From positions 1-59,431 of IMG/VR virus record IMGVR_UViG_3300014962_000006: a stretch of DNA of 59,431 nucleotides. One strand, 5' to 3'. Origin of the DNA: a virus. Taxonomy: Duplodnaviria > Caudoviricetes. The position numbers and the translations under genes are program-made. Position 1 is the stretch's first letter, and each line of letters starts with the position of its first letter. Below, piece by piece: positions 10,096-20,545 of the stretch. The notes beneath the pieces are model-generated. The model worked only from the letters and a program-made list of their open reading frames with translations. It made no database searches and was not told the origin of the DNA.

Positions 10096-10956
10096 TTATA
10101 TTCTCCCCGATTCTTTAGCCGCTTCTCTTTGTCCGTAAGCTGTAGCTAGGCCGCCTGTCGCGATGAGACCGGCTCCCGCAACTTGGGCTCCGGGTACGAA
10201 CATCAGACCCGTCCCGACCGCGGTAGCAATCCCACCCAAGCCGGACCACATGGCCGATGTATTGGCCGCTTTCCGTTGGGCATCCCTCAATTTCTTCTCA
10301 GTCTCTAATTTGAGGTTGACTATTTCTTGCTTCGCTGCCTGGTCTAATTTCTGTTCCCCGATTCGGAAATTGTTTCTTTCAACTTCGGCTAGCCTATCAT
10401 AGATGGTTTGGAGTGTAGCAATATTTCTTTTGTGTAAATTTTGGGCAGTGCTAGCCCATGACTTGAATTGCTCATCACTAGCGGCAGCCTGCTTCTTGTA
10501 ATCCGCCAGTTGCCTTTCACTAAAGAAGGTCTGATTAGCGGCATCTTTTTTGAACTGGAGTTCTTGGTCAAAGAGTTCTTTCTTGGCGTTGGCATCAAGG
10601 GCAGCCAATCTCTCAGTCTGACCAAGTCTTTCTTGCCGTAGTGATTCTTGCTCCGCCCCAAGTTTTGCGGCACCGGCCAAAGCTGTTTCTCTCTGACCAA
10701 GTTGTGCAATCTGTCCAACCTGCTCCTGGGTTTGGGCAGCGCGTGCTACTTGCTGGGCTCCCGCCTGCTCAGCCATTGTTGCCCCTAACTGGGCTGCTTG
10801 TGCTGAAGTGGGGGCTTGCTGGGGAGTCATTTGGGCGATGGTCTGCTGGAGTTGTAGTGCGCGAGCTGCCTTTTGCTGGTCAGCAATTAGCTTATTTCTT
10901 ACCGGCATTTGCGTTGCCAGTCCACCTAGTCCTGTTTGTGTTAGTGTTTGGGCCAT
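10096..10956 (-). CDS. internal virion/ejection (pilot-like) protein
   Basis: Q/A-rich coil with C-terminal glycine-rich hydrophobic hairpin. Confidence 0.6.
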   Translation of the reverse strand: MAQTLTQTGLGGLATQMPVRNKLIADQQKAARALQLQQTIAQMTPQQAPTSAQAAQLGATMAEQAGAQQVARAAQTQEQVGQIAQLGQRETALAGAAKLGAEQESLRQERLGQTERLAALDANAKKELFDQELQFKKDAANQTFFSERQLADYKKQAAASDEQFKSWASTAQNLHKRNIATLQTIYDRLAEVERNNFRIGEQKLDQAAKQEIVNLKLETEKKLRDAQRKAANTSAMWSGLGGIATAVGTGLMFVPGAQVAGAGLIATGGLATAYGQREAAKESGRI

Positions 10957-11858
10957 TAGCTAGATACTCCACCTGTATAACCCGTAGCTGGCAAATTTCC
11001 TTTAGCAGCATCAGTTTCCTGCTTAGTCATCCAACTAGTATAGCTCATGGGATACCGGCCCGCAACTCGTTCCTTCTCGGCATAATCTTGATAATCACCA
11101 CTCAAGCTACCACTTTTATAAGCGCCGTAGGCTTGAGCTCCGACCATGGGGATGGACGCATAGCCTTGAATAGTGGCCTTTTGGATATCGGCTTGGGCGT
11201 TGTCCCTCGCCATAGCTACCGCCATTGTAATATCAATCTTAGCCAAAGCTTTGGTGAAGTCCCTATCGCTGGCGTTAATAGCGGATTCATTCTTATACTT
11301 CAGCTTTTGGAGTGCCAAGTTATCATCAAGGATGGACTGCTGTAATTTCTCAGTAAAAGCTATATCATCTTGAAGTCGGGCCTTAGCCCCTTCCCTCTGC
11401 AAATTGTCAACATATCTAGCATCTTGGAGTCGGAGACTAGAAGCTACCGCTTCGAGGCCCAGTTGACGCTGCTGCTCGGAAAGGGTAGCTTTTCCCTGTT
11501 CCAAATTACGGAGTAGATTTTCTGTTTGGATTCGGTTCTCAAGACGGGAGGATTGCTTTTGAGCAGCTAGTTCTTCTTCCCTTTGTCTCTGTTCCATTTC
11601 TTGTCCAGCTGCTGCTTGCTGGAGGCCGATGCCTTGAAGTTGGGCAGACTGGGCTACTTGGGCAAGTTGTTGCTGGGCTGGGGCACGGGCAGCTATTTCA
11701 CTAACAGCTAGTCCCCTCGGGCCGAGGGCAGTTTCCGGACCGACGATACCCTTCTTAGCTGCAAGAAGTTGCCTCACTTGACCAGTCTCATCAACAGTCT
11801 GCTCAGGTGCGGCTGCCCCACTTAGTGTCTGCTGTAGTTTTTCGAGTAGTGTGGCCAT
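10956..11858 (-). CDS. internal virion/ejection protein
   Basis: Q/A-rich coiled coil; start refined to MATLLEK. Confidence 0.55.
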   Translation of the reverse strand: MATLLEKLQQTLSGAAAPEQTVDETGQVRQLLAAKKGIVGPETALGPRGLAVSEIAARAPAQQQLAQVAQSAQLQGIGLQQAAAGQEMEQRQREEELAAQKQSSRLENRIQTENLLRNLEQGKATLSEQQRQLGLEAVASSLRLQDARYVDNLQREGAKARLQDDIAFTEKLQQSILDDNLALQKLKYKNESAINASDRDFTKALAKIDITMAVAMARDNAQADIQKATIQGYASIPMVGAQAYGAYKSGSLSGDYQDYAEKERVAGRYPMSYTSWMTKQETDAAKGNLPATGYTGGVSS

Positions 11859-11863
11859 GGTAA

Positions 11864-14314
11864 CTATATCCCCCACTTCTTGAGTTGTTTTCGGGCTTTC
11901 TTTGCTAAGGGTGTTTGTTCTACTTCCGAGATTATATTTCTTCCTGTTTGCTCAATTGTTTGGTAAGCGCGTTCAACTGGGGACTGTGCAGCAGAAACTT
12001 TATTTGTCGCTTCAAGAACAGCAGCCGCGTTAGCTTGTTCGGCAGCTGCATCAACAGCCGCTTGGAAGTTCCGCTGTTTACCGGCTATCCCATTCCTGGT
12101 ATTTTGTAAAACATCTAAGTATTGTTGGATAACTGCTTTTGAAGCATTGCTTGGCGCTTGTGACAGGGCATTCTTTACAGCATTTATAGCACCATCAACC
12201 TGAGACAGGGCTGCGTTTGCCTGGTCTAAGTTATTAATATTGCCAGATGAATTTCTAATTTGGTTAATTCCATCCACCGAAATCCCATTTTCGGAAAATT
12301 TGTTGTTTACTTCACTTATGATTTTTCGATTCAAGATACCAGCCAAGGTGTTATTAATCGTGGCCGCTTCCGGAAAGCCACTAATCTTTTTATCGACCAG
12401 TGCTTTAGCATCGTCGGCGTTAAACGCCAAAGAGTCAATTTCTTTTAACTCAGCATCAGTAATAACTTTGTCCCGGAAAGCAGACACCAATCCACTGAGT
12501 AGGGGACTCCCGCCGGTATCTGTCGGCTTGAGTTGGAAGGACTTGATGGATGGAACGGAACCCGCTTTTACTACCTCTTTCAGGCTGGGAATGGTACCAC
12601 CAAATTGTTTCTTTAATTCGGGAACATCTTCAGCACCAAATTTTCCGTCATGGTTAACGTCTAGCTCACTGGCATTACTGCCTGGGTAGCCAAGAGCTTC
12701 TGCTAAAATATCTTCTGATATGGCTGCGTTGATATCCGCCAAGCTCACCCCGGGAATCGCCCTTGACAAAAAGGTCTGTGGCTGATTATCGGGGATACTA
12801 TTAATATCCGCCAACTTCCCGGCCACAATATTATACTGGGACCAAAGACCGTCTTGTTTATCCAGTCCCAAAGCTGCAATTTCCCCAGCATTCAAATCTT
12901 TTATTTGGTCTGGGGGTAGCTGCGCCAAGCTACTCAAAGCGACTTGCTGCTTATCAGCAGGTTGGGAGAGGATATATTGGGCAGAGGGAGGGAGGTCCGA
13001 GAGTTGGAGCTGCTTGTCTTGCAGCTGGTCCATATTGAGACCAAGCTTCCCGAAGAGTTCCTTTTGGGTAGCTAGGGGTTGTAGTAATTTCTTGTTAGCG
13101 GCTTGGATGTCTTGATAGGAGGTAACAGCCTTGCCCGCTTCCGTTACTAAATTGGCTAAGGCATCCTTCTGTCCCCGTATCCAATTATAAAGGTCTGGTT
13201 GAGTTTTCTTGAGATTGGTGACAAATGGTGTGGTATCTTTAGGGTCTGCCAAAACTTGTTTCACGATATCAGTCATGGCGGGCGAACTTAATAGTTCATC
13301 GACCGAGTAACTATGGTCACCTACCTGTACTTGAGTTGAGCGGTCAATATCGTCAACCAAGCCGCGTAGTTGCATTGATGCAGCAGCGACTCCAGTCTCT
13401 TCAAAGGAACGGAGACTTTGGCGGAGGGCGGCTTTTTCAACTGGCGACAAGAGACCAGACGATAGGCCAGCCTCTACTTGCTGTACCGGAGCTCCGACTT
13501 GGGAAGCGAGAGTGGCCAGTTTATTTTGGATTTCCTCAATGGAGAGATTCTTGACCGCGTTACTTTCCATGTTGAAAAGACTACCCAATTCATCGTACGA
13601 CGTACCAGCCAGTCCCAAGTCTTCAACGGTGAGGGTATCTCCGATAGTCTTTTTTAGGGATGTAGTAGCAGTCTCTGCAACCGTTTCTGGTAAGTCTTTG
13701 ATAAGACCGGGAACTTCTTCCGGCTTGAGCGCGGTATCAATCGTAGATAGACCAAGGGCCGTGTTGAGGTTTCCCGTTAGGGTCATCCTTTTGGTGGGGT
13801 CTGTCTCAGTGGCTATTTGGACAATGAGGTCCCGCACTGTTTCGAGTGCCGTCGAAGATAAACTTTTCAACTTACCGGCAGCGGTATCCAATTTGAGCTG
13901 GGACTGCGCCGGAGCTTGAACGTCTTTCTTCCCGACAATATTGGTAAATGTAGTTTCAACTAAATTGTTTACCTTAGCACCAAAGGTGCCCATAGCTTGG
14001 GTAGCTAATGCGGCTTTGTTTTTCTTTTCAGTATCTTCAGGACTTTCGACGGCGGGTTGCCTAAATAGTTGGGCTTGGCTCAAATCCGTTTCGGTGGGAA
14101 GAGCTTGGGCTAGGGCAGCTTCTTTTTGCGCTGGGGTACCGGCCATCTTGGCTTGCTGGGCAGTCCCCCCGATGAGACCCGTCCCGTAGGCAGTAACAGG
14201 AGCAGCTATAAGTCCCTGCTGGGAGGCCAGTTTTTGGACAGATTGGGGCTGTTGACCAGAGAGTCCCCTGGCACCAGCAGCTACTTTTTCTTGTAAAGTT
14301 GTGGGTTTGGCCAC
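11864..14314 (-). CDS. internal virion protein with EF-hand-like loop
   Basis: 816 aa; DVNHDGKFGAED loop; first gene after the nozzle. Confidence 0.55.
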   Translation of the reverse strand: MAKPTTLQEKVAAGARGLSGQQPQSVQKLASQQGLIAAPVTAYGTGLIGGTAQQAKMAGTPAQKEAALAQALPTETDLSQAQLFRQPAVESPEDTEKKNKAALATQAMGTFGAKVNNLVETTFTNIVGKKDVQAPAQSQLKLDTAAGKLKSLSSTALETVRDLIVQIATETDPTKRMTLTGNLNTALGLSTIDTALKPEEVPGLIKDLPETVAETATTSLKKTIGDTLTVEDLGLAGTSYDELGSLFNMESNAVKNLSIEEIQNKLATLASQVGAPVQQVEAGLSSGLLSPVEKAALRQSLRSFEETGVAAASMQLRGLVDDIDRSTQVQVGDHSYSVDELLSSPAMTDIVKQVLADPKDTTPFVTNLKKTQPDLYNWIRGQKDALANLVTEAGKAVTSYQDIQAANKKLLQPLATQKELFGKLGLNMDQLQDKQLQLSDLPPSAQYILSQPADKQQVALSSLAQLPPDQIKDLNAGEIAALGLDKQDGLWSQYNIVAGKLADINSIPDNQPQTFLSRAIPGVSLADINAAISEDILAEALGYPGSNASELDVNHDGKFGAEDVPELKKQFGGTIPSLKEVVKAGSVPSIKSFQLKPTDTGGSPLLSGLVSAFRDKVITDAELKEIDSLAFNADDAKALVDKKISGFPEAATINNTLAGILNRKIISEVNNKFSENGISVDGINQIRNSSGNINNLDQANAALSQVDGAINAVKNALSQAPSNASKAVIQQYLDVLQNTRNGIAGKQRNFQAAVDAAAEQANAAAVLEATNKVSAAQSPVERAYQTIEQTGRNIISEVEQTPLAKKARKQLKKWGI

Positions 14315-14335
14315 GGCATTACCCCCGTTCCTAGT

Positions 14336-14364
14336 ACTATATCACGGCAGGGAGACTGTGTCAA
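14336..14364 (-). promoter_or_regulatory. sigma70 promoter
   Basis: TTGACA-N17-TATAGT. Confidence 0.75.
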
Positions 14365-14564
14365 GGAAGACGGGGGGTTGCTGGTGATACTACTTGGCCC
14401 CTCACTAAGTAAGGGTGCTACCTACTACTATGTAGCGGTACGTCGGTACGCTGCGGTACAAGCTTCATCGGTACGAGTCAGCTGATACTTCTTGTGAGGC
14501 ACTGCCGGTACGTATAAACTACTTTGTTTTGAACCAGTACCGAAGCTAAGCAACCGATGGTTTT

Positions 14565-14592
14565 ATTGTACCAAGGGTTGCAATTTTGTCAA
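14565..14592 (-). promoter_or_regulatory. sigma70 promoter
   Basis: TTGACA-N16-TACAAT. Confidence 0.7.
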
Positions 14593-17500
14593 CTACACTC
14601 CGGATTGGGCTTTAGTTGTCGCAGCTTGCGTGATGCCTTTCGACGTGAGACCTGCTACCACGTAGCTCATCCCCGCAATTTCTAGTGCCTCGTCAAGACC
14701 ATTGTTGCTAATCTTGACCGTCATATAGATACACTTCCGTCTTACCAAACTATGCCGTATTGAAGTCACATCTTGTCCAGCAACAGTACTGAAACCGTTA
14801 TCTGTTGGTATGTTGACAACAGCAAAGGGAGTCGTCTCGTCATATTCTTGGTAGAGGTCAGGGGCAGTGTAGAGGTAGGTATTGTCACTCATCCCCCCTG
14901 TCCTATAATTAACAACTACATGACTGACTATCTTCCTAATACCACCATTACCGAAATCGGTGGCCCGACCTTCGACAGTCATCTCTATCGCGTCCCCACT
15001 ATCCCGGTAATCTTCTGGTACATCTTCCGCCCTCAGTCTCATCACAGACCCGTTTACATTAGCAAAAAAAGCATCCTGATAAAGGTTGGCCCAACCAGTA
15101 GCGGGATGGTTAGTATACCTAGCCCATCCACCCGGTTCCTCAGTTCCCTCATTGGTGTGGTTATAGACGTAGACTTCACTATTCTCGGCGTAGCCTGGCA
15201 AACTTTCAGAGAGGAGGGGTACTGATAACTTATATTGCCTTCCCACACTGTAGTGATGACCCTGTACAATATTTAGGTAATCCTTATTAACTTTATTTTG
15301 CCAGTTTCTTTCCATGAACCGGCCCAGGTATTCAATCCGCTGATTCCTACGCAAGACGTAAATGCCCGAATCGTTAGCAAAAGCAATCCCATCCTTAGTG
15401 GGAGCGATACTATAGGGAGCGGTGCAACCCAGTCCTTGCGTCTCAATTCTTTGTACTGCATTTTTGCCTAAAGCTTTTTCGGACAAATCAACCAAATAAA
15501 TACTATTTTGTTTGAAGACAACTAAAACACCGGATTGGAGAGCTGCACCGAAAGCACTCTCACCAAAGAAAGGGATGACGCCAGTTATTTCTTGTCCGTC
15601 CGATGAGTTAATATCAATCGCAGAATCGGATAGGGAATCATCTACCGACCAAGGATTGTCAAATATTTCTGGATAGTTATTATAGCTGACAAGTATTCGA
15701 CTTGGGTAGCGGGTTACTAGTGCCTTAACTGATGTACCATTACTTTGGCTACCATTAATGTAAGTTTTATAGTTTGTTCCCCCACCGCTAATTTGAACTG
15801 ATGGTATTTGAATTTCAGCTCGGGGTTGTTTTACAATTAGCTGTCCCCCCGTATCTGATTCAGACCGGGCAACTAGCCATGGAATAAATTGCGATTGACT
15901 TGCCAGTCCCTTATTTGTCATTCTCATCGTCGCATTAATTGCCATTCCAATCCGACGCAAAATACGGATAGCGGGAGTAAGAAAGGAAACTGTATCCCCG
16001 TTATACATTCCCATATTGTAGTCACCGTCAATGTTTACTGGAACGTCTAGTGCAGTTGTCGCAAACATGGCGTAGGGCACTGTTGTGGGTGCAGTTGTTG
16101 CAAGGGGAGTAGGTACAGTAATAGTAGTATTAGTGACTGTCTGTCCGGCGGTATATGTGATTAGCGGTGAAATTCCTGTAAATGATGCACCGGTCGTTCC
16201 ACTATAAGTATATGTATTACTTCCAATTTTAACCACGCCAGATGAGGGAAAGCCAGCTGTAGATACTACGTTAACGGTTGAAACTGTTGTTCCGGTTCCA
16301 ACGGTTGTTGTGGAATTGGTAGTTGAAGAGGATACTTGCCACCAGCCAGAGTAGGCTAAATCGGAAATTGTTGATGTTCCATAATAGAGGTATACCCAGT
16401 CTTTGGCTTGAATTGACCTTGCCGGGATACAAGTAAAAGTAAAAGATGTTCCAGCTACAGTTGACCATGACGAAGTAACTACTCCACCCGTACTTTTAAG
16501 TTCGTATGTTACCCGGTCTACCATGTTGGTATCCGAACTGGTATCCTCACTATTCTTTCGAAACAAGAATTTTTGTCCGCTATACTCGGTGTATGATGTC
16601 ACTCCCGGCGTGAGGTAACTAATAGCTAGTGTTGGCCAGTCAACAACATTTCCCAGTACTAACCTATTCCCGGCGCTGGTAACATATTTAGCTCGGGCAG
16701 GTTCATCCCAGCCAGCTGGAACTGTGCTTGGTGATAAGACGCTTACCACTGCATCTATTGTTACTAGTGTGTCATTTCCTAGCTTGTCCACAAAATCAAT
16801 ATAACCATCCACTCCCGTGTAAGGCATTTGCTTAGTAGAAACTTCATAGAATACAGGAATATCGCCCAGTGCTTTAGTTGTCCACAGGGTACGACAAATC
16901 TTTAGTTCAATGTTTTTATTGCGGTAGTCATACTGGTCCCATGCTGGAAAGCCAGCAAGCCGTAAATAAACGGTATATTGGGTAGTGGCAGTAGGAGCAA
17001 TTAATGCAACAAAGTCATTAGCGCCGGTAACAGCACTAGCAACAGTAACTCCATTATTGTCTTTAATATTGAGACGAAAGGAATAACGAGCTTGATATAC
17101 TAAAGAAATTATACCGCCAGTTCCACCGGAAACAATTGCTAGCGGTTCCTCAAAAGTGAGACTGTGGTCACTTGCTGATTTTTCCACGTTACTAGCAACA
17201 GTTAAAATAATCCCACCAGTATTAACACTATCGGTGTATTTTATTACTGTCCCGACCGGAAACTGGACTTCATCGGCTTTGGAAACTACTAGTGTTCCCC
17301 CATCAGGGGCAGCCGAAACTGATATTCCGGCCAGTTTAATACCGTCAGCAACTCCAGATTTCGCAGTTAAAAAGAGACCAGGCTGCCAGGGGATAATACC
17401 TGCCCGGTACAAATTCTCGCCGTCATACTTATATACTTCATCATCACCATTGGTAAGGTACATATTGTTTTGTACCATGGCTGAGCGAAGGAAGGGCTGA

Positions 17501-19923
17501 TTTATGTAGGGATTATTGGCAAAGTAGCGGGGAATTTGGTCATTGATGAGGTTGTCGCCACTATCTTTTAGTGGCATCTCTCTTGGTAACCACCGCCGCG
17601 ACACAGTAAAGGTAGTTAAGTTAGTGGTGTCATCGTACCACGTAATGGGCTGGTCGAGGGTAATAGTATTACTAGTAACATCAATCGATGTGATAGTGAG
17701 GGGATAGGCCAATGACGAACAAGTAAGGGTATCCCCAATCACGAGGTTTGATACTGCTGGGGTATTGGTATTATTTCTCAGGGCGAGAGTAGAACTGGTA
17801 CGGAGTCCCGCGATAAGGAGACCTGCCGACAGTTCTTTATAGTCAAAGACATTACTGATAACGGAACTAAGACCGGAACTGGATTTGACAATAAGCTCCA
17901 CATCTTCTCCCCAAGCCGAGGAAAGGAGGGTATCATTCTCGATAAATTCATTCAGGGAAGAGAAAGTAAATCTATCAGTAAATATTCCCCCGAGTCCCGC
18001 TGTACCATTATCATCGTAGTCACTGGTTGTGATGGAGGGGTTTTCGACATCGATAGTAATGGAATTGGGATTGGAAAGGACGTCGTAGTCTCTTATCTTA
18101 AATGTCCCGCCATGTCTTGAGTGGGACATGTTTTTGATGGTGAGGTAGTCACCGATGGGCTGTTGAACTTCGGTACCAGAAAGTGCTGTAATACTAGGAC
18201 TAATACCAGTTAGGGTATTACTTGATTTTCCACTGTAAGTATAGAGTTCCCCCGAAACTAGTATTGTTCCAGAAGATGCAAATAAAGACGCATCGATTAA
18301 CACCAGAGAATTACTATTGGCAACGCTTGCGTTCACTAAGCTGGATGGCGTTGCTGTAATTGGAGTACCGGTTACCGATAGGGAAGGGGTTGATATTGTA
18401 TACCTTGTCCACCCACTACTAGCTTGATACTCGATACCAGATACCTGTCCCCACCCAGTTCCACCAGATGTGAAGGCAATTGTACCCCTCGTCCTAGCGG
18501 GTACATCACCAATATCACAGAATGCCGGTCCGATATTGAGCGGGGAATTTAGCCTGGACTGTAACCGGGCATAATAGGTTGGCATACTGGATTGGAATGT
18601 AGTTGGTGACTCGCTTTTCGTCAAAGCAGCAAAGAGGTTCCCACCCAAGCCAGCAACCATGTGCGTGGTATTTGGGGAGCGGTATGAGTCAAGATGGGTA
18701 ACCCATCCCTTCCTTTCTGAAAATTTCTCTTCCCCGTAAAGAGTTGCGTGGTCTAAGCCGTAAAGAGTAATTTGGGGGGATGTATCAGTTCCTGGAGTTA
18801 GTCCAGCTGCCGAAACGTACAATTCATTGGCCCTAATCGTACCGTAATTGTAACAAAATTTTCCACTCGCAGCTGATGCGGATGTATATGTTAATGTCAA
18901 TGCCTTTGTAACATCATTATATTCTTGCTTATCGGGCAGCACTAATTGTGAATTACTTCCGGACAGGGTATACAATGCCCCAAAGATGAAGGGGGAACCA
19001 ACGTTGGGGATAGTAATAGTTTGTGCTGTACCGGGACTAAACGCTGTTGTTAGGACTTGCGCGGCGGGACTGGCCGCTAAAATAAGCTTGGCAGTGGTGG
19101 GGAGTGTGGTCGAGTCATTGTAAGTAAAGTCGCAAGTTACTGTACCAGCACTACTAATACTAAAACTGTCTGGAGTAATTTCAGTCCAATTTGTAGCCCC
19201 ACTCCCGACAAATAGTTGTGGGACGATATTGTAATTGGCGAGTTGATGAGTAGCAGCGGTGACCGTTATTGAGGGTTGGGCTCCCGGCACTGTAACAGAT
19301 TGAGTTGCGGTATATGTTTCCCCCGTAACGGTGCTTCTGTCTAAGTAGTAAAGGAAGACATTTTTGGCACCGTCGCCGTTAGTATAACTAGCCGTTACGT
19401 CAAAGGAAGTACTATTAATAGAGAAGGTATCGGGATAGATTCTCTCCCCGCTAAGGTCACTATCTACTCCTGTACTGGTTGCTAAACCAATAAACATATC
19501 AGAAGTTGAGATGGTGTGCTCAGTGGCAGGAGCGGTGATAGTACTAGTAGTATTGGCTAGTAATATTTTCCTCAGTGCGGTTACCCACAAAGAGTAGTAT
19601 TGAACTGATGGCGTAGATGTAAAGGGGGAAGTAAGACTACTCCTCCCGTATGCTATAAGGGGACAGCTACTTACCCTCGTTAATTCAACACCTTCTTCAA
19701 GTGTAAAGTATATCTTATCGGTATCGTAACGGAGTTTGGTTATCCTAACTGGGATATTCCCCGCGTAAGAAACATAGCCTTTCCTTTTCCTTATCCTACC
19801 CTCAATGATATCAGCATTGACTAAGTCACGAACAAATCCTTCACGGAGTTGGTTCTCCGCCGACCTGGCGTCGATACCAAATGCAAAGGATTTCTCGTCA
19901 ACTGTAGTGTACTGGTATGCCAT
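14593..19923 (-). CDS. giant tail nozzle/packaged-DNA stabilization protein (P22 gp10/T7 gp12-like) with inserted beta domains
   Basis: N-term GID...E...DLVNADI..G.IRKRKG; C-term beta-propeller motifs (GQEITG, LVVFKQNSIY, GLGCTAPYSI, GIAFANDSGIY); Ser/Thr-rich inserts. Confidence 0.7.
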   Translation of the reverse strand: MAYQYTTVDEKSFAFGIDARSAENQLREGFVRDLVNADIIEGRIRKRKGYVSYAGNIPVRITKLRYDTDKIYFTLEEGVELTRVSSCPLIAYGRSSLTSPFTSTPSVQYYSLWVTALRKILLANTTSTITAPATEHTISTSDMFIGLATSTGVDSDLSGERIYPDTFSINSTSFDVTASYTNGDGAKNVFLYYLDRSTVTGETYTATQSVTVPGAQPSITVTAATHQLANYNIVPQLFVGSGATNWTEITPDSFSISSAGTVTCDFTYNDSTTLPTTAKLILAASPAAQVLTTAFSPGTAQTITIPNVGSPFIFGALYTLSGSNSQLVLPDKQEYNDVTKALTLTYTSASAASGKFCYNYGTIRANELYVSAAGLTPGTDTSPQITLYGLDHATLYGEEKFSERKGWVTHLDSYRSPNTTHMVAGLGGNLFAALTKSESPTTFQSSMPTYYARLQSRLNSPLNIGPAFCDIGDVPARTRGTIAFTSGGTGWGQVSGIEYQASSGWTRYTISTPSLSVTGTPITATPSSLVNASVANSNSLVLIDASLFASSGTILVSGELYTYSGKSSNTLTGISPSITALSGTEVQQPIGDYLTIKNMSHSRHGGTFKIRDYDVLSNPNSITIDVENPSITTSDYDDNGTAGLGGIFTDRFTFSSLNEFIENDTLLSSAWGEDVELIVKSSSGLSSVISNVFDYKELSAGLLIAGLRTSSTLALRNNTNTPAVSNLVIGDTLTCSSLAYPLTITSIDVTSNTITLDQPITWYDDTTNLTTFTVSRRWLPREMPLKDSGDNLINDQIPRYFANNPYINQPFLRSAMVQNNMYLTNGDDEVYKYDGENLYRAGIIPWQPGLFLTAKSGVADGIKLAGISVSAAPDGGTLVVSKADEVQFPVGTVIKYTDSVNTGGIILTVASNVEKSASDHSLTFEEPLAIVSGGTGGIISLVYQARYSFRLNIKDNNGVTVASAVTGANDFVALIAPTATTQYTVYLRLAGFPAWDQYDYRNKNIELKICRTLWTTKALGDIPVFYEVSTKQMPYTGVDGYIDFVDKLGNDTLVTIDAVVSVLSPSTVPAGWDEPARAKYVTSAGNRLVLGNVVDWPTLAISYLTPGVTSYTEYSGQKFLFRKNSEDTSSDTNMVDRVTYELKSTGGVVTSSWSTVAGTSFTFTCIPARSIQAKDWVYLYYGTSTISDLAYSGWWQVSSSTTNSTTTVGTGTTVSTVNVVSTAGFPSSGVVKIGSNTYTYSGTTGASFTGISPLITYTAGQTVTNTTITVPTPLATTAPTTVPYAMFATTALDVPVNIDGDYNMGMYNGDTVSFLTPAIRILRRIGMAINATMRMTNKGLASQSQFIPWLVARSESDTGGQLIVKQPRAEIQIPSVQISGGGTNYKTYINGSQSNGTSVKALVTRYPSRILVSYNNYPEIFDNPWSVDDSLSDSAIDINSSDGQEITGVIPFFGESAFGAALQSGVLVVFKQNSIYLVDLSEKALGKNAVQRIETQGLGCTAPYSIAPTKDGIAFANDSGIYVLRRNQRIEYLGRFMERNWQNKVNKDYLNIVQGHHYSVGRQYKLSVPLLSESLPGYAENSEVYVYNHTNEGTEEPGGWARYTNHPATGWANLYQDAFFANVNGSVMRLRAEDVPEDYRDSGDAIEMTVEGRATDFGNGGIRKIVSHVVVNYRTGGMSDNTYLYTAPDLYQEYDETTPFAVVNIPTDNGFSTVAGQDVTSIRHSLVRRKCIYMTVKISNNGLDEALEIAGMSYVVAGLTSKGITQAATTKAQSGV

Positions 19924-19937
19924 GATAAAGCTCCGGG

Positions 19938-20363
19938 CTATCCCCTTAGTCTCTGTTTAATTTTGTACTGCCTGACTTCACTTTCGTCGGCCAGATTACC
20001 AAGCATCTGCTTAGTACCTTCTGACATCGGTGCCTTGATGCAGGATTGGATATAGCCGCAAAGTGCCTTCTCGACGTGGAGGACGCCCTCATAAAAGCTC
20101 CGGTTGGAGTCGCCTGGTTCTTTGGGGAGGTCTGTTACTAAGTCGAGGGAGTCGTTAGCTAATTTCAAGGTGTCCACCGATTTACCGGTCAGGCCGATAT
20201 ATCGCTCGATGCAGCCGTCATAACCAGTCTCGTAGACGGGATACAATTCACCAAAGAAGTCGTGGTCTTGACCGAAGGTCGAGCCTTTGACGTGATTGTG
20301 GGCGTGGTGGGCGTAGAGTTGCCCGCCGCGCAAAAGGGCAGCAGTTTTCAGTAAGTGGTCCAT
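19938..20363 (-). CDS. Dps/ferritin-like protein
   Basis: H..HNHVKG.TF..DH.FFGELY......D.CIER ferritin/Dps pattern. Confidence 0.75.
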   Translation of the reverse strand: MDHLLKTAALLRGGQLYAHHAHNHVKGSTFGQDHDFFGELYPVYETGYDGCIERYIGLTGKSVDTLKLANDSLDLVTDLPKEPGDSNRSFYEGVLHVEKALCGYIQSCIKAPMSEGTKQMLGNLADESEVRQYKIKQRLRG

Positions 20364-20506
20364 TATTTCTTACCTTTGTCCTTGCGAGACTTCCCGGCCT
20401 TTTCTAGAGCAATAGCTACACTTTGTTTTTGGGGATACCCTTCTTCTTTCAGCTTCTTAATATTTTTACTTACCGTTTTGTCTGACGAGCCCTTTTTGAG
20501 TGGCAT
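20363..20506 (-). CDS. small basic phage protein (47 aa, not in ORF track)
   Basis: [42 protein letters not shown]..., read manually; SD GAGG. Confidence 0.75.
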   Translation of the reverse strand: MPLKKGSSDKTVSKNIKKLKEEGYPQKQSVAIALEKAGKSRKDKGKK

Positions 20507-20545
20507 ATTCTTTTCCTCGCACTGTTTGCAACCACAGTCCATATT

